Shown: one piece after another, positions 1 to 8,776 of the stretch | How positions within the stretch are numbered: position 1 is the first letter of the stretch | Layout of the letters: every line of letters begins with the position of its first letter | DNA from: Pirellula staleyi DSM 6068 | Lineage (GTDB): Bacteria > Planctomycetota > Planctomycetia > Pirellulales > Pirellulaceae | Assembly (NCBI GenBank): GCA_000025185.1 | Contig: CP001848.1 | Span: 5,520,001 to 5,552,000, forward strand | Reading direction: 5' to 3' | Length of the DNA: 32,000 nucleotides | Made by a program: the position numbers and the translations under genes | Notes under the pieces: model-generated | Seen by the model: the letters and a program-made list of their open reading frames with translations, nothing else | Told to the model about the DNA's origin: nothing | Databases searched by the model: none

Positions 1-539
1 TCGAGCGTAAAGTAGCCGCCAGCTGGCTTGTTCACACCACGCTCAAAATTGTCGATATACGGCTCGACCACCTGATGAAACTCGTTGGGCAACAGCGCAT
101 CGGCTTTGTCCAGCAGCATGGCGATATAGTAGCCCGACTTCGAACTGAAGATCGCCTTTTGCTGTCCTTCGGGAAGGAGCGTGACGGCGAACAGCGTGAT
201 GAAGACGCACAGGAGCACACCTTTCGCAAAACCGAAGACAGCTCCGACGTGACGATCGAACTCCTTCAGCTTAACCCGTTCCATCGCCTCGCTCACCAGG
301 TTGAAACCGACCCAGACGACGAGGGAGGTTCCGAGAAACAGAATGAGCATCGAGAGAAAGATGTTCCAGGGTGGCGAGGCCTTGATCATGGCCGCCAGCG
401 GCGAACGGAAGTTGAGCGCAACGAAGTACGAGAGCACCATCGACGCCAGCGACGCCAGTTGCCATGCGAGCCCCTTCCAGAAGCCCCACACTACTGCTGC
501 CGCGAGCACCACGATCATGAAAACGTCGTACGCCTGCAT
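1..539 (-). CDS. cvpA: CvpA-family inner-membrane protein (colicin V production protein-like); C-terminus runs off the window
   Basis: Own minus-strand translation from ATG at 539: MQAYDVFMIVVLAAAVVWGFWKGLAWQLASLASMVLSYFVALNF...EFDRHVGAVFGFAKGVLLCVFI. It stays open to position 1, so it is absent from the ORF track. Multi-TM, and the DRxxGxxFGxxRG-like motif matches E. coli CvpA. Confidence 0.8.
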   Translation of the reverse strand, partial: MQAYDVFMIVVLAAAVVWGFWKGLAWQLASLASMVLSYFVALNFRSPLAAMIKASPPWNIFLSMLILFLGTSLVVWVGFNLVSEAMERVKLKEFDRHVGAVFGFAKGVLLCVFITLFAVTLLPEGQQKAIFSSKSGYYIAMLLDKADALLPNEFHQVVEPYIDNFERGVNKPAGGYFTL

Positions 540-670
540 CCTTGCCCACTCCACGCAAAAAAGTCCGGTCCTTGAGGCGCGAACATAGCAGCCAACCTCA
601 GCTGCGTGAAGATCAATCAGCGTAGTTCATGTGGCAGTTCGCACGCTGTCGCGATTTGCCTGCGGCGGGT

Positions 671-714
671 GCTATCTCTGACGGAGCTAGCGGCACAAAG
701 AGCTAGCAGATAGC
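671..714. promoter_or_regulatory. Operator-like composite site in the cvpA/ydjM-like divergent promoter (function unknown)
   Basis: GCTATCT(671-677)-ctgacg-GAGCTAGC(684-691)-ggcacaaa-GAGCTAGC(700-707)-AGATAGC(708-714). The outer 7-nt arms are exact reverse complements. The inner 8-mers are exact direct repeats 16 nt apart. Confidence 0.35.
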
Positions 715-862
715 TGCGGGGAGATTGCTCTTGGAAGAAAGGCAGGGGGTCGATAGAGTCTCGCACCCTTGGTGAGGAACCAGGAGTCGTGCGCGCTGCG
801 GCACCATGGACGGTGTGTCAGCGAGCAGGGTCCGGATCACGCGATTGGAAGGAACCAGGCAA

Positions 863-1615
863 ATGGCAGGATTTCGCGAGCACATTGGTTTCAGCACGGT
901 GATTGGCATTGGCTACGGCCTGGCCGGTTATCAAATGGGCCTTCCGATCGAGAGCTGCATCCTGGCTGGCGCGCTGTGCAGTGTTTCGGGCATGCTCCCT
1001 GATCTCGACAGCGATTCGGGAACTCCAGTGCGCGAGATGACTTCGTTTGCAGCCGCCGTTGTACCGATCTTAATGGTACCACGCTTTGAGAGTTATGGCT
1101 GGAAGCCTGAAATGATTGCGCTCGGCGCGGCACTCTTATATGCCGCGATACGTTTTGGTGTGGCCGAGATCTTTAAACGTTATACCGTGCACCGCGGAAT
1201 GTGGCATAGCGTTCCCGCTTGCGTCGCCTGTGGATTGCTCTCCTTTCTTATTATTGGTGGCGAAGACCTTAATTTAAGACTCTTTAAGTCGAGCGCTGTC
1301 ATGCTTGGCTTTATGTCCCATTTGTTGCTCGACGAAATTTGGAGCGTTAGCCTTCGGAGTGGTCGTCTTAATATCAAAAAGTCTTCTGGAACTGCTATTA
1401 AGTTTTGGGGCAAAGATAATTGGGCCAACTTCTCTACCTATGCCAAAGTGGTCGTCTTAAGCTTTTTAGCCGTGGGTGATCCGATGCTGATGAATCACTT
1501 TGGTTATGAGACTCGCTTTGGCGAGCAAACAGCCAAGCAAGTGATTCATCGCGCGATGCGGATGGCGGGTGTGAATGATGCCACCGAGAACCCACCTGGC
1601 GAAGTCCAGCGTTAA
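863..1615 (+). CDS. Membrane-bound metal-dependent hydrolase, YdjM/DUF457 family
   Basis: ORF 806..1615. Start taken at the internal ATG 863 (MAGFREHIGF), preceded by ggaagg. Motifs LPDLD, HRGMWHS and GFMSHLLLD match the YdjM pattern LPDID / HRGFTHS / GYLSHILAD. Several TM helices. Confidence 0.75.
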   Translation: MAGFREHIGFSTVIGIGYGLAGYQMGLPIESCILAGALCSVSGMLPDLDSDSGTPVREMTSFAAAVVPILMVPRFESYGWKPEMIALGAALLYAAIRFGVAEIFKRYTVHRGMWHSVPACVACGLLSFLIIGGEDLNLRLFKSSAVMLGFMSHLLLDEIWSVSLRSGRLNIKKSSGTAIKFWGKDNWANFSTYAKVVVLSFLAVGDPMLMNHFGYETRFGEQTAKQVIHRAMRMAGVNDATENPPGEVQR

Positions 1616-1636
1616 CGCTCGCCGCGTCACTTGGCC

Positions 1637-2092
1637 TTAAACAAACAGATCGTGTCGCGTGTCGACCACGATCGTGACAGGGCCGCTATTGACGAGGTGC
1701 ACCTGCATGTCAGCGCGAAACTTTCCACGCGCCACCGGGATACCTCGCGCGGCAATTTCGCCAACGAACTTCTCGTAGAGCCCTTCGGCCAGTTCGGGAG
1801 GTGCTGCTTTCACGTAGCTCGGGCGCCGACCTTTCGCGCAGTCGGCCAAGAGAGTGAACTGACTCACCACCAGCACACTTCCGCCGGCATCGATCACCGA
1901 GAGGTTCATCTTCCCCTCGGCATCGTCGAAGATCCGCAGCAACACGCACTTATCGGCGAGTTGCTTCACGTCGGCCTCGGTGTCTCCCGTTTCAACTCCC
2001 AGCAGAATGCATAGTCCGGCGCCGATCGATCCGACCACTTCTCCCGCGACTCGCACTTCGCACTCGGCGACTCGCTGCAGCACTGCTCGCAT
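1637..2092 (-). CDS. dtd: D-aminoacyl-tRNA deacylase
   Basis: 151 aa: [16 protein letters not shown]...[26 protein letters not shown]...A.P.....LY..F. This is the canonical Dtd signature along the full length. Confidence 0.95.
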   Translation of the reverse strand: MRAVLQRVAECEVRVAGEVVGSIGAGLCILLGVETGDTEADVKQLADKCVLLRIFDDAEGKMNLSVIDAGGSVLVVSQFTLLADCAKGRRPSYVKAAPPELAEGLYEKFVGEIAARGIPVARGKFRADMQVHLVNSGPVTIVVDTRHDLFV

Positions 2093-2131
2093 GGGGAGCG
2101 CCTTATCCTGGCAGAAAATGCGCGAAGAGAA

Positions 2132-2809
2132 CTACGCCGTCGCGTCGTTCTCGGTGGGAAGACCACGCTCGGCCCGGATGCGCCGGACGTTATCGAGGAT
2201 CTCGTCGATGATGGCATAGTTGGCTGCAATGCGCTGGGCCTGAATCCAAAACGAATAGCCGATCACAACCACGCCGAGCATCGCGCCGAGATAGTGAGGG
2301 GTCACAAGCGACGCGCTATATTCCCGATTAGCGCCACGCGGATCAGCAGCCGCCCCGAGTCCCACCAGCAGAATGACGGTCAGAATCGAGAGCATCGCCC
2401 AGGGGAACGTTTTCCGTTTGAGCAGTGTGCTGCGGTAGGCCAGCTCATCGGGGAGTCGATAGGTCTCGGCCACTTCCTTGCACCAGCGACTCGTGCCGAT
2501 GAAGTAGGTGATCGTGATGCTGCTGACGAGCACCGCTACCAGAGCGGCTGCTGTGCCGAGCAGCCGGTGTGCGACCATCCGCAGATGGGGCGTGGTGAGC
2601 TCGCCACGGGCTGCTAGGTACGTCGCTTCCGCAGCGGCCAATTCGGCCTTATCGACGTCGGGATCGCGGCGCAGCTGATCGAGTTTCTGAAGAGCCCCGT
2701 CGGCAGTCCGCGCGAGCGTATTGAAATCGCCAATCGCCAGACCCGCGATGAAGTTCAAGGCCAAGAGGAGCATGGCCACGATTGCAAGAACACCGAAAAT
2801 ACGTGCCAC
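2132..2809 (-). CDS. Hypothetical integral membrane protein (about 4 TM)
   Basis: ORF 2132..2929. The N-terminal 40 aa are Arg-rich junk, so the start is placed at GTG 2809 (VARIFGVLAIVAMLLLALNF). ATG 2773 is an alternative. Hydrophobic helices throughout. No family recognised. Confidence 0.55.
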   Translation of the reverse strand: MARIFGVLAIVAMLLLALNFIAGLAIGDFNTLARTADGALQKLDQLRRDPDVDKAELAAAEATYLAARGELTTPHLRMVAHRLLGTAAALVAVLVSSITITYFIGTSRWCKEVAETYRLPDELAYRSTLLKRKTFPWAMLSILTVILLVGLGAAADPRGANREYSASLVTPHYLGAMLGVVVIGYSFWIQAQRIAANYAIIDEILDNVRRIRAERGLPTENDATA

Positions 2810-2965
2810 AGAAAGTTCAACGATTGCGAGAGGTTTGCGGGCCCAAAGTCGACTTCGCAGTCTACGCCTCTCCCCCTTCGCTGACCAGTGGCGGAAGGGG
2901 TGCGGGCTCGAGCGCGCGTGGGTGCACAACCTTGCTAAAGATGTCGCCGTCAGCCCCTTACGCTT

Positions 2966-3015
2966 TTGCTACGATAGAGCCGCCGCACTGTGCGATCCTG
3001 CTCCGTTGCTACGAT
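2966..3015 (+). repeat. Exact 10-nt direct repeat TTGCTACGAT x2 (2966-2975, 3006-3015) upstream of the histidine phosphatase gene
   Basis: Read directly from the sequence. Copies are 40 nt apart start to start. The second copy ends 35 nt before ATG 3050. Confidence 0.6.
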
Positions 3016-3049
3016 TCCCCGCCCCAAGGCCCCGGAAAATTCCCTACCG

Positions 3050-3706
3050 ATGTCGACTCCGCTGACGCAAATGATTTTGGTGCGGCATGGCGCTACCGAT
3101 AGCAATTTGGCGCGCCCTGCGCGGCTGCAAGGACGAGGCGTGAACCTGCCTCTCTCGACCATCGGCCGGAGGCAAGCAGCGCTAACCGCCGAGCTGCTGA
3201 AAAGCCGCCCCGCGACGACCCTCTATAGCAGCCCTCTGCTCCGGGCAGTGGAGACAGCTGAGGCGATCGCAGCTCCCCTCGGGCTCGAGGTGCGGGTCGA
3301 ACCACGTCTCGTCGAAGTGCATGTCGGACGCTGGGAAGGGCGCGACTGGGGCGAGATCGAGCAGAACGATCGGGAAGCGTTCGAAAACTTCCAGCGCGAC
3401 CCCGCCACCTTTGGCTATGCCGATGGCGAAACGATGCAGCAAGTGCAAGATCGAGTGCGGCCGGTGTTCGCCGAACTCCTGGCACGGCACATCGGCGAGC
3501 AGATTATTGTCGTGAGCCACAATGTGGTGAACCGGACCTACCTGGCCCACTTGCTCGAGATCCCCACGCGCTATTGCCGCCACGTTCAGCAGGACAATTG
3601 CGGGGTTAATCTCATCGAGCATCGTCCCGGAAGTGAACGGGCGATTGTCCGCTCGCTCAATCTTATCGATCACCTGGCCGAAGCGTTTACTGAGTACCCT
3701 GCTTAG
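3050..3706 (+). CDS. Histidine phosphatase family protein (phosphoglycerate mutase-like)
   Basis: ORF 2990..3706, start at ATG 3050 (MSTPLTQMILVRHGATDSN). RHG catalytic motif, then LS..G..QA and a late VVSHN (SH motif) typical of the family. Confidence 0.85.
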   Translation: MSTPLTQMILVRHGATDSNLARPARLQGRGVNLPLSTIGRRQAALTAELLKSRPATTLYSSPLLRAVETAEAIAAPLGLEVRVEPRLVEVHVGRWEGRDWGEIEQNDREAFENFQRDPATFGYADGETMQQVQDRVRPVFAELLARHIGEQIIVVSHNVVNRTYLAHLLEIPTRYCRHVQQDNCGVNLIEHRPGSERAIVRSLNLIDHLAEAFTEYPA

Positions 3707-3711
3707 TGCCT

Positions 3712-3745
3712 ACCCAAGCAAAAAGACTGCTTGTGCTGCTTGGGT
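3712..3745. terminator. Hairpin between convergent genes (possible terminator, no clear U tract)
   Basis: ACCCAAGCA (3712-3720) pairs with TGCTTGGGT (3737-3745). 9-bp stem, 16-nt loop. It sits between the stop codons at 3706 and 3750. Confidence 0.4.
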
Positions 3746-3749
3746 GTCC

Positions 3750-4730
3750 CTATTTCGGTGCCGCGAGGCTTTTGAGCCCGAGCTGATCGAGGTAGAGCGT
3801 GGTGAGATCGGCTACTTCCTGATCCCCCGGGTTGTAGAAGAACTCGCGCGGGTCGACTTCACTCGACCGCGACACGCCATAGAACTCGAGCACCATCAGC
3901 GGCGTGCGAGGCGGGGCTTCGCCGCTAGCGTCCCCCTTCCCCTTGCGATAGTAGCTAATGCGATAGGGAAACAGCGGCAGCACTTTTTCGACCCGCCCGA
4001 GGACCAGTTCCACCTCGTCCGGAATCTGAGCTCCTGTGGGGATCTTCTCGGGCTTCCATTCGGGGTCGAACTTCCCTCCCACAATCCAGACCGGCAGCGA
4101 CTGCACTTGCTTTCCATCGCTCGAGGGGAACTCGATTTGCGACGGCGTGGCAGACTCCATGGCAAAGTTGCGCTGAACCCGCTCGAGCAGCCGCGGCAGC
4201 CCTCCGAGCAGAATCCAAGGTTCGCTAGCAGTCATTTGCGACTGACCACGGCGGGCAATTTCGTCCCGGATGTCGCGGAGCGAAACACGCCCGAGCGTAG
4301 TGCCAAGGATCGGCAACTCGCGACGGATCCAGTAATAGTCGCTCGTGCAAACCTCGAGCAGCGACGCCAGGGAGTCCCCGACGCGCGACTTCATCTCCAG
4401 CCGCAAAAGTTTTTCGTTCCCTTCGCCCAGCTGAGAATAGCTACCCGATCCGACCACTTCTTGGCCATTGGCCCAGATGCGGTAGCGGAGGCCAGCCTTA
4501 ATCGCAGGCTCCTGGTGCACCGCTTTCGCCGCCGCTGCCACCAGCCTCTCGCCATCGACCGCTTCGCCTAAGTCGCTACCAGGAATGGAGATATCGCTGC
4601 CAGACGAGCTGCCACTCAAATTGCCACTCACCTGCTGCGCGTTACAAAAATCGACGTCGGCGAGCCCTGGCACCACGAGCAGGAGTGCCCCAGTGATAGC
4701 GAGCGTGAAGTTAGGCAATTTGGATTTCAT
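3750..4730 (-). CDS. Secreted hypothetical protein (N-terminal signal peptide)
   Basis: ORF 3750..4790, start at ATG 4730 (MKSKLPNFTLAITGALLLVVPGLA). GC3-rich codon usage on this strand. The overlapping + ORF 3633..4571 is Arg-rich shadow. No family recognised with confidence. Confidence 0.7.
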   Translation of the reverse strand: MKSKLPNFTLAITGALLLVVPGLADVDFCNAQQVSGNLSGSSSGSDISIPGSDLGEAVDGERLVAAAAKAVHQEPAIKAGLRYRIWANGQEVVGSGSYSQLGEGNEKLLRLEMKSRVGDSLASLLEVCTSDYYWIRRELPILGTTLGRVSLRDIRDEIARRGQSQMTASEPWILLGGLPRLLERVQRNFAMESATPSQIEFPSSDGKQVQSLPVWIVGGKFDPEWKPEKIPTGAQIPDEVELVLGRVEKVLPLFPYRISYYRKGKGDASGEAPPRTPLMVLEFYGVSRSSEVDPREFFYNPGDQEVADLTTLYLDQLGLKSLAAPK

Positions 4731-5136
4731 GCAACGGTCGTACTGATTTTGCCAAAGATTCGCGATAAGCCGCGCCGAGTAATACTCCACAGAGACGTGT
4801 CTGGACCAGACGCGGCGATGTCGTAGTTTGTCCCGGGAAGTTCCGGGCAGACAAACCAGTGCGACGTGGCTGCGAGGATCTCTGCCGCTTTGAGATTGGC
4901 AAAGCGGATTGCTTGACGCTGGCTCGGAAGGTTTGCCCGGAGTGGCATCTTACGAGCGGGACGCAAGACAGGTCCACGCCAAAGTTGAATCGAACGTTCG
5001 GAGATTCACTTGCGGCGTCGCGAAATGAAAACATCGGACATTGGTCGTGCGCAGGGAAGCAAACCGCTTGTGCCTCGATTTCGATAGGGCCACGCTGGCA
5101 ACCGATCGAGCGAAGTGACGAGTCAGGGGGGACATC

Positions 5137-6240
5137 ATGAAAATCCGTCTGTCGTTTTGGATCCTTTCGATTGCCGTGGCCTTCACGGCAGTGGGATGTG
5201 CGTTCCCAAAAGCGCACAATCTGCCACCAGCTCAGCAGTTGCTCGAGCCTGGTCCTGGCGTTGGTGGACCTGGGCCGGGTGTTCTGCCCCCTGCCCTGCC
5301 TCCAATGGTCATTCCAGTCTCGATGCCGAGCGTGCAAGTGCTGTTCGCGAAACCTGAAGCGATGCAAGTTCGCTGGGACGTGACCGGTGTGGCACAGTTC
5401 GACTCGACTCCGCTGATCGTGCCAGGTCGTCAGAACTTTCCACAGAACGGCATCTATCGCCTGAAGGTGACGAACATCGCCGGTCGCGAAGGTGTCGAGC
5501 TCTACCCCACGGTAGAAATTGGTGCCACTACGCCTCGCACCGAAGCGTTCCTGGCCCACAACGCCATTCCTGTTCAATTCACCGAAGAGGACTTCGACCA
5601 AGTTCTCGCCGGCAACTTTGTGACGAAGGTGATCTACCTGCCTGATCCCGAGTTCCAAGAACTCGCTCTGGCCGGCGTAGAAACCCTCGTCAGCACCCGC
5701 CTCGATCCAGGCGTCGACCCGATCGACGAAGCTGATCGTCGTGGTTCGATCCTTGCCGTCATCCGTGTCGGTAACAAGGATATCGAACTGGCTGGTGCCG
5801 AAGACGCTGGTCTCGGTGGTGGTGGATTTGGCATCGAAGGTGCTCAGTACTGCCCACCCGGTTACCCCATGGGTCCTACCGGCGGCATGATGCCGAACTA
5901 TGTGGCGGGTGTCACGGCTCCTCAGTACGGCATGCCAATCACCGGCACGCCGATTGGTCTGCCTGGCCCTCCTCACATTCCACTCGGAGGTCCAGCTGGT
6001 CTCCAAAAGCATGTGATCAAGAATCACACGCACATGGACATTCCAGAACCGACCGAGAAGTTCAAGATCCACGTTCGTCAGCAACCTGGTCAGAGCTATC
6101 CCAAGCCACCAAGCCGAGTCTGGATTCGCGAACAAAGCATCCACCCCAGCTTGCCCTACGGACAGCCTCACTACGACAAGCACGAGCAAATTCCCGCCGG
6201 CATGCCTGCTGGTGGCGAGTATTGCCCACCCGGTCAGTAG
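5137..6240 (+). CDS. Secreted/lipobox-like hypothetical protein, paralogue A (shared domain with 6432..7274), Pro/Gly-rich C-terminus
   Basis: MKIRLSFWILSIAVAFTAVGC signal with Cys. ggggga lies before the ATG. Core YRLKVTNIAGREGVELYPTVEI (nt 5455-5520) is shared with the next gene. YCPPG occurs twice in the C-terminal region. Confidence 0.75.
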   Translation: MKIRLSFWILSIAVAFTAVGCAFPKAHNLPPAQQLLEPGPGVGGPGPGVLPPALPPMVIPVSMPSVQVLFAKPEAMQVRWDVTGVAQFDSTPLIVPGRQNFPQNGIYRLKVTNIAGREGVELYPTVEIGATTPRTEAFLAHNAIPVQFTEEDFDQVLAGNFVTKVIYLPDPEFQELALAGVETLVSTRLDPGVDPIDEADRRGSILAVIRVGNKDIELAGAEDAGLGGGGFGIEGAQYCPPGYPMGPTGGMMPNYVAGVTAPQYGMPITGTPIGLPGPPHIPLGGPAGLQKHVIKNHTHMDIPEPTEKFKIHVRQQPGQSYPKPPSRVWIREQSIHPSLPYGQPHYDKHEQIPAGMPAGGEYCPPGQ

Positions 6241-6290
6241 TGTGACCGCGCTACGCCGCCCAGCGACGTAGCCACGATTAAAACCTGGCG

Positions 6291-6316
6291 GGGGACTCAC
6301 CCAAAAACGAGTCCCC
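6291..6316 (+). terminator. Terminator-like hairpin between paralogue A and B (no U tract)
   Basis: GGGGACTC (6291-6298) pairs with GAGTCCCC (6309-6316), 10-nt loop, followed by TGCTTGC. A second GGGG-cgaggt-CCCC-TGCT hairpin lies at about 6367-6383. Confidence 0.35.
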
Positions 6317-6431
6317 TGCTTGCATAGAACGAGCCAGCCAGAGATCTCGCCACAGCTTATCCGCTGGGGCGAGGTCCCCTGCTCTTTCGCACCATCTTCC
6401 CCCACGCGTGACAGATCAAGGATCGATCGCC

Positions 6432-7274
6432 ATGCAAGTTGCATCACGACTAACGCGAAACGGACTGCTGCTGATCGTCGCCTGCTTGGCGCTGATCATC
6501 GCTGACCGCTCAGCGAGTGCCCAAGTCCCGTCGGTGCAACCTCCGATGCACTACCAGCATTGGTCGGACCTGCCGATCGGCGCGATTGGTCAAAATCAGC
6601 TGCAACGTGGTGGTCCCCTGGGTGGCTACTTCCAGCCGGTCGAAGCGATTGCTCCTAAGGGAGCCCTCGTCTCGCTCGCCGTGGAAGGGACCTTTCAAGA
6701 TCCTACGAACAACGCGGCGCTGGCTGGCATGCTCATCGGCCATGCCTACCGCCTGAAGGTTTCGAACATTGCGGGACGCGAGGGGGAGGAAGTCTATCCT
6801 TCGATCGAAGTGATCGACCGCCTTTATCCACCACCCGGACAAGCGGCCCGCTTTCCAATTCCGATCGAGTTGACGCAAGCAGAGCTCGAGATGGCGCTCG
6901 ATGGGCGTTATGTGGTTCGCGTCATCTATGTCGAAGATCCTCGCACCGCGCTTCCTGTCCGCGGCGATGCAGAGCCACAGCGGTACTTTGAAATTCCCGC
7001 CGATCAAGACCCGATGGAAGTGGCCGATCGACTCGGCCGCCCGGTTGCGATCTTGCGCATGGGTTCGCGGACTCCCACAGACTTTGTCGATGGCCGCTTT
7101 CTGCATGGTTCCCCTCCACTGATGGTCTACGCCGGGAAGCCCGCTCCCCTGCCCCGCCAGGATGGACTCGAACCACCGCTCGAAATTCCCGGCGCTGGTG
7201 GCCAAGCTCGCCGCCCGTTGGAACGGATTCCTGGCGAACAATTTGGGCCCTCGCGCACGCAGATGTGGCGCTAA
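6432..7274 (+). CDS. Secreted hypothetical protein, paralogue B
   Basis: ORF 6408..7274, start at ATG 6432 (MQVASRLTRNGLLLIVACLALIIADRSASA signal peptide). Core YRLKVSNIAGREGEEVYPSIEV (nt 6747-6812) lies at almost the same residue offset as in paralogue A. Confidence 0.75.
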   Translation: MQVASRLTRNGLLLIVACLALIIADRSASAQVPSVQPPMHYQHWSDLPIGAIGQNQLQRGGPLGGYFQPVEAIAPKGALVSLAVEGTFQDPTNNAALAGMLIGHAYRLKVSNIAGREGEEVYPSIEVIDRLYPPPGQAARFPIPIELTQAELEMALDGRYVVRVIYVEDPRTALPVRGDAEPQRYFEIPADQDPMEVADRLGRPVAILRMGSRTPTDFVDGRFLHGSPPLMVYAGKPAPLPRQDGLEPPLEIPGAGGQARRPLERIPGEQFGPSRTQMWR

Positions 7275-7372
7275 CAGCTCGCACGCGAGTGCACGAACGA
7301 CAAATCAACTGGCCGACTGAACTGGCTCCCCACGCTTCCCCCCGAAGTTGCAGAAACACCGGAGATTCCGCC

Positions 7373-8776
7373 ATGAAACGCACCCTCAGCTTGGCCTTGA
7401 TGCTGGCTGTTATCTTGGGCGGATGCAAAACCCCGATGGGGGGCCTCGGTTTTTGGAACAAGCAAACGCCGGTCGCTGTCAGCAGTTCGGCGACACCAGC
7501 TGCCGCTCCTTTGACGACAGCCGCTGCTCCGCAGTCCGCGGGTGATGTGCGACTCGTCTCGGGTGAAGAAGCGATTCCGCTGCAAGGGGAAACGCTGCAC
7601 GTGGGTGACGAGCTTCCAGCTCCGCAGTTCGAGCAATTGCCTCCGCAGCAGCACGTTCCGCAAACGCTTCCGCGCGAAGCGTTCACGGGACCTCCGAGCT
7701 TCATGGCTGTGCCACCACCCGGCTATGTTCCACCACATCTCGCCGCCCCTGAAGCGCATCAGCATCACCAGGGACAGCCCTGCCCTTGCTGTGGTCCCAA
7801 AGCGCCTTTCAAGTTCTCGGAAGATATGGGACCGATGTGGCATCCCGATGGGATCGCCTTGCCGTGGCCCTCGGATGAATACTTGTGCGATGGTGGCGAC
7901 CTGAACGACGACGTTCGGATTCGTGCGCGCGATCGCTTGGTGGCGGGGCTCGACCAAGAGGATACGGTGGTGCACTACGACACCCGCGATGGCAAAACCG
8001 AAGTGAGCCGCAGCAATCGTGTCTGCATTTATGCACCTCGCTTTGCCTCGGTACGCAAAGTCACCTCCCCAGTGCTGCACGAAGCTCACGAGCGGATGGC
8101 GGGACTCGATCAGCCGGAGAAGGTGAATTTGCATCTCGAGCGGACACCGGTTAACACAGCCACGCAGCCTCTGGAGCCTGCTTCGCAGCTGGCGCTTGAT
8201 CCTGTGATTATCTACAACGATCGGACCAAGGGCTTGCTGGTCGAAAACAACCAGTCGCTGCTGCTGGCCGAACGTGGATTCATGCCGCACGAAGATCTGC
8301 TCTTCATTCAGCGTGGCGTGTTTGAAGCGACCGAAAAAGCTCGCCTGGCCGAGCGGACGCAGGCAGCGATTGCCTGGTCGAGCGATCAAGCGGTGCAGCT
8401 GATCATCGATGGCAAATTGGCGAGCGAAGATGTCGGTGTCAGCAAAGCGCAAGAGACGGTGGTGTATGAACTGCATGGCACGCCTCGGATGCGGATTTGC
8501 AAGATCGCCAGCCGAAGCGAAGCGCAAGTGGGTGAGACGGTCGACTTCACCTTGCGGTTTGATAACGTCGGCGATCAACGTGTCGAGAAGGTGGTGATCG
8601 TCGACAACCTGACGACCCGGCTCGAGTTCGTCGAAGGCTCGGCCTCGTGCACCGTTCCAGCGAAATTCCTGACCGAACCCAACGACGGCGAGTCGCTCGT
8701 GCTACGCTGGGAAATCGAGCAGCCGCTGGAAGTGAACCAAGGTGGCATCATTCGCTTCCAGTGTCGCGTGCGGTAG
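7373..8776 (+). CDS. Lipoprotein with C-terminal DUF11-type (conserved repeat domain) Ig-like module
   Basis: ORF 7265..8776, start at ATG 7373 after ggaga (MKRTLSLALMLAVILGGC lipobox). The C-terminus VGETVDFTLRFDNVGDQRVEKVVIVDNLTTRLEFVEGS resembles the DUF11/TIGR01451 repeat. Mid-region has the motif EYLCDGGD..EDTVVHYDT..SNRVCIYAPRF. Confidence 0.7.
   Translation: MKRTLSLALMLAVILGGCKTPMGGLGFWNKQTPVAVSSSATPAAAPLTTAAAPQSAGDVRLVSGEEAIPLQGETLHVGDELPAPQFEQLPPQQHVPQTLPREAFTGPPSFMAVPPPGYVPPHLAAPEAHQHHQGQPCPCCGPKAPFKFSEDMGPMWHPDGIALPWPSDEYLCDGGDLNDDVRIRARDRLVAGLDQEDTVVHYDTRDGKTEVSRSNRVCIYAPRFASVRKVTSPVLHEAHERMAGLDQPEKVNLHLERTPVNTATQPLEPASQLALDPVIIYNDRTKGLLVENNQSLLLAERGFMPHEDLLFIQRGVFEATEKARLAERTQAAIAWSSDQAVQLIIDGKLASEDVGVSKAQETVVYELHGTPRMRICKIASRSEAQVGETVDFTLRFDNVGDQRVEKVVIVDNLTTRLEFVEGSASCTVPAKFLTEPNDGESLVLRWEIEQPLEVNQGGIIRFQCRVR

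Noticed and set aside
75-588. ORFs 75..575 (+), 301..588 (+) and 271..558 (-)
   Set aside because: All overlap the open-ended cvpA frame (1-539, minus strand), which has clear CvpA motifs and TM helices. These alternatives have none.
671-714. LexA/SOS box interpretation of the GAGCTAGC repeats
   Set aside because: The motif does not recur upstream of uvrB (26745-26848), a core SOS gene. It also does not resemble any LexA box consensus I know. It is kept only as a generic operator candidate.
3633-4571. 312-aa plus-strand ORF
   Set aside because: It overlaps the 3' end of the histidine phosphatase gene and the whole of 3750-4730 (-). It is Arg-rich with no motif. The minus-strand frame has a signal peptide and coding-like codon usage.
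4711-6447. 578-aa minus-strand ORF, the longest in this part of the window
   Set aside because: It is the codon-aligned antisense frame of the + strand gene 5137-6240: (6445-5137) is divisible by 3. In that frame, stops arise only where the sense strand uses TTA, CTA or TCA, which are rare in a GC3-rich genome. The translation is Arg/Gly/Trp-rich with no motif. The + strand product has a signal peptide and a paralogue.
7271-8578. 435-aa minus-strand ORF
   Set aside because: Codon-aligned shadow of 7373-8776 (+), which has a lipobox signal and a DUF11-like domain. The antisense translation is Arg-rich and featureless.
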